Virus record (IMG/VR): IMGVR_UViG_3300020037_004335
Span: 3,445-67,444 of that record
Length of the DNA: 64,000 nucleotides
Reading direction: 5' to 3' (one strand)
DNA from: a virus
Below are positions 62,811 through 64,000 of the stretch, piece by piece (the first letter of the stretch is position 1; each line of letters opens with the position of its first letter). Under the pieces are notes generated by a model. That model ran no database searches and had not been told where the DNA came from. It saw nothing but the letters and a program-made list of their open reading frames with translations. The translations under genes were made by a program, and so were the position numbers.

Positions 62811-63414
62811 TATCATCAACTATTTCAAGTTTCTCTTCAGCTTGAATGTAGCTTTCTTGATGTAAGAGTAAGTAAGCTTGAAACTCTTTAAAGATTCTAT
62901 ATCTAACTTCTACAATAAACGTAGACTCATTTAAATCTTCTTCTTGATTTGAGTCTACTGATTTCAAAATCATATTCATATATTCTGCTTTTTCTGGAAG
63001 TATATCATTTAAGATTTGTATTCCAGTTTTCTTCTCTTCAAAGAAAGTCTTAAAAGCATTGTGCCAATATCTGTAATCCTTCTTAGTTGTTGTAAGAACA
63101 CAAAACTCTAACTGCTCATGAACTACTATATCACTTGTCCAGATTTTAGTTGGAGTAGTAGCAGTATAACTATCTTGTTGAACAACTTGATTATTATTAT
63201 CAAAATTTGTATCATCTTTAATTGAGATTATAGATAATGAAGGAAATCTATCCTGTTCTAATCCATTTGTTGTTTCAGTTCGACTGTTAACATATTGATG
63301 TGCTGGACTCATTAAATAAATACTGTCAAGAGGAAATGCGATAGTATTAAATATTTCTTGTTTAAGAGTTTTATAAACTATTTCTTGTGCTATTCTAGTA
63401 AATTCTAATACCAT
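62770..63414 (-). CDS. Tail terminator / neck protein
   Basis: FPSLSI motif; position between neck gene and sheath. Confidence 0.55.
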   Translation of the reverse strand: MVLEFTRIAQEIVYKTLKQEIFNTIAFPLDSIYLMSPAHQYVNSRTETTNGLEQDRFPSLSIISIKDDTNFDNNNQVVQQDSYTATTPTKIWTSDIVVHEQLEFCVLTTTKKDYRYWHNAFKTFFEEKKTGIQILNDILPEKAEYMNMILKSVDSNQEEDLNESTFIVEVRYRIFKEFQAYLLLHQESYIQAEEKLEIVDDIILDAEFLQWASF

Positions 63415-63998
63415 TATCTATATATATCCTTCTTCGTTTGTTCTAATATTTCTTGAACTGCTTTCTCAATTAATAATTTATTTCTATCAAGCCATAACTT
63501 AGTTGGAGCTAACATAACTCTTTTCGGAGATTCAATTCCAGCTTCATGATAATCTAATTTCTTACTGTTAGAACCAATCGCTACAATTGCTTCATCTTTA
63601 TCATGATAACCATAAACTACTCTAAATGAATTGTATAATTCACCAGTGTCATATAAAGCCAATTGACCAGCAACAGGTCTTCTTCTAACTTTCCTTCTTA
63701 AATAAGATTTAGGATGAATTGGATATTTAGTTCTAACTTTCCCACTCCAGTTTCCAGTGAAACTTTTACCTTTTCTACCTCCAATATAGTTCCACCCACC
63801 TTTTCTCTTTTGCCAGTACCCCCAACTGAATTGAGGAATATTGCTTCCACCTTTCATTATGAGTTCTCTGATATGATGAATTACTTCTCTTGCTAAATAT
63901 GTACTCATTACAAACTCAGCATTTCTAAAGAAGTACTCATCTGCTTTAACGACTCCAGAAAACTTTATATGGATATCTGTATTATAAGTTATAGCCAT
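63414..63998 (-). CDS. Neck / tail-completion (virion morphogenesis) protein
   Basis: LYDTGELYNS..IGSN..YHEAG..PKR motif. Confidence 0.75.
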   Translation of the reverse strand: MAITYNTDIHIKFSGVVKADEYFFRNAEFVMSTYLAREVIHHIRELIMKGGSNIPQFSWGYWQKRKGGWNYIGGRKGKSFTGNWSGKVRTKYPIHPKSYLRRKVRRRPVAGQLALYDTGELYNSFRVVYGYHDKDEAIVAIGSNSKKLDYHEAGIESPKRVMLAPTKLWLDRNKLLIEKAVQEILEQTKKDIYR

Positions 63999-64000
63999 TA

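Noticed and set aside
4608-63896. Short antisense or nested ORFs in the track (e.g. 4608-4862, 7042-7326, 15132-15347, 26074-26268, 42650-42850, 55319-55558, 63714-63896)
   Set aside because: Shadow frames of well-supported genes, lacking RBSs and motifs

Overview
AT-rich (roughly one quarter G+C by eye) segment of a large contractile-tailed dsDNA phage, read in the standard bacterial code. 1-21.6 kb is a leftward early/middle arm: two pentapeptide-repeat proteins, a stand-alone C-terminal half of a DnaE-type polymerase, an RmlD-like pseudo-enzyme, dUTPase, SSB, DnaB-like helicase, adenine MTase, class II ribonucleotide reductase with a mini-intein, GH24 endolysin, RuvC-like resolvase and many small ORFs. 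21.7-36.2 kb runs rightward: probable TerS, a 970-bp symmetric non-coding locus, TerL with a mini-intein, portal, tRNA-Met plus a degenerate tRNA, Cas4-like nuclease and PhoH. 36.2-64 kb is a mostly leftward tail module: patatin, fibers/spikes, holin candidates, baseplate, tape measure, a frameshifted chaperone, three tube paralogs, sheath and neck. It is interrupted by an inverted hub/spike trio and a DHFR cassette. The most unusual signals are: (i) the nested-palindromic locus between terS and terL with four TTACGTAA boxes and convergent promoters; (ii) a four-copy fixed-spacing inverted-repeat element found only around terS/terL/portal, next to a triple recombinase-domain protein; (iii) a LamG domain apparently split between a baseplate protein (three copies of its first strands) and the next gene; (iv) an intein-less split DnaE; (v) a structured nrdJ leader that can occlude the RBS. 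All protein calls come from motif recognition by eye; no database searches were run.
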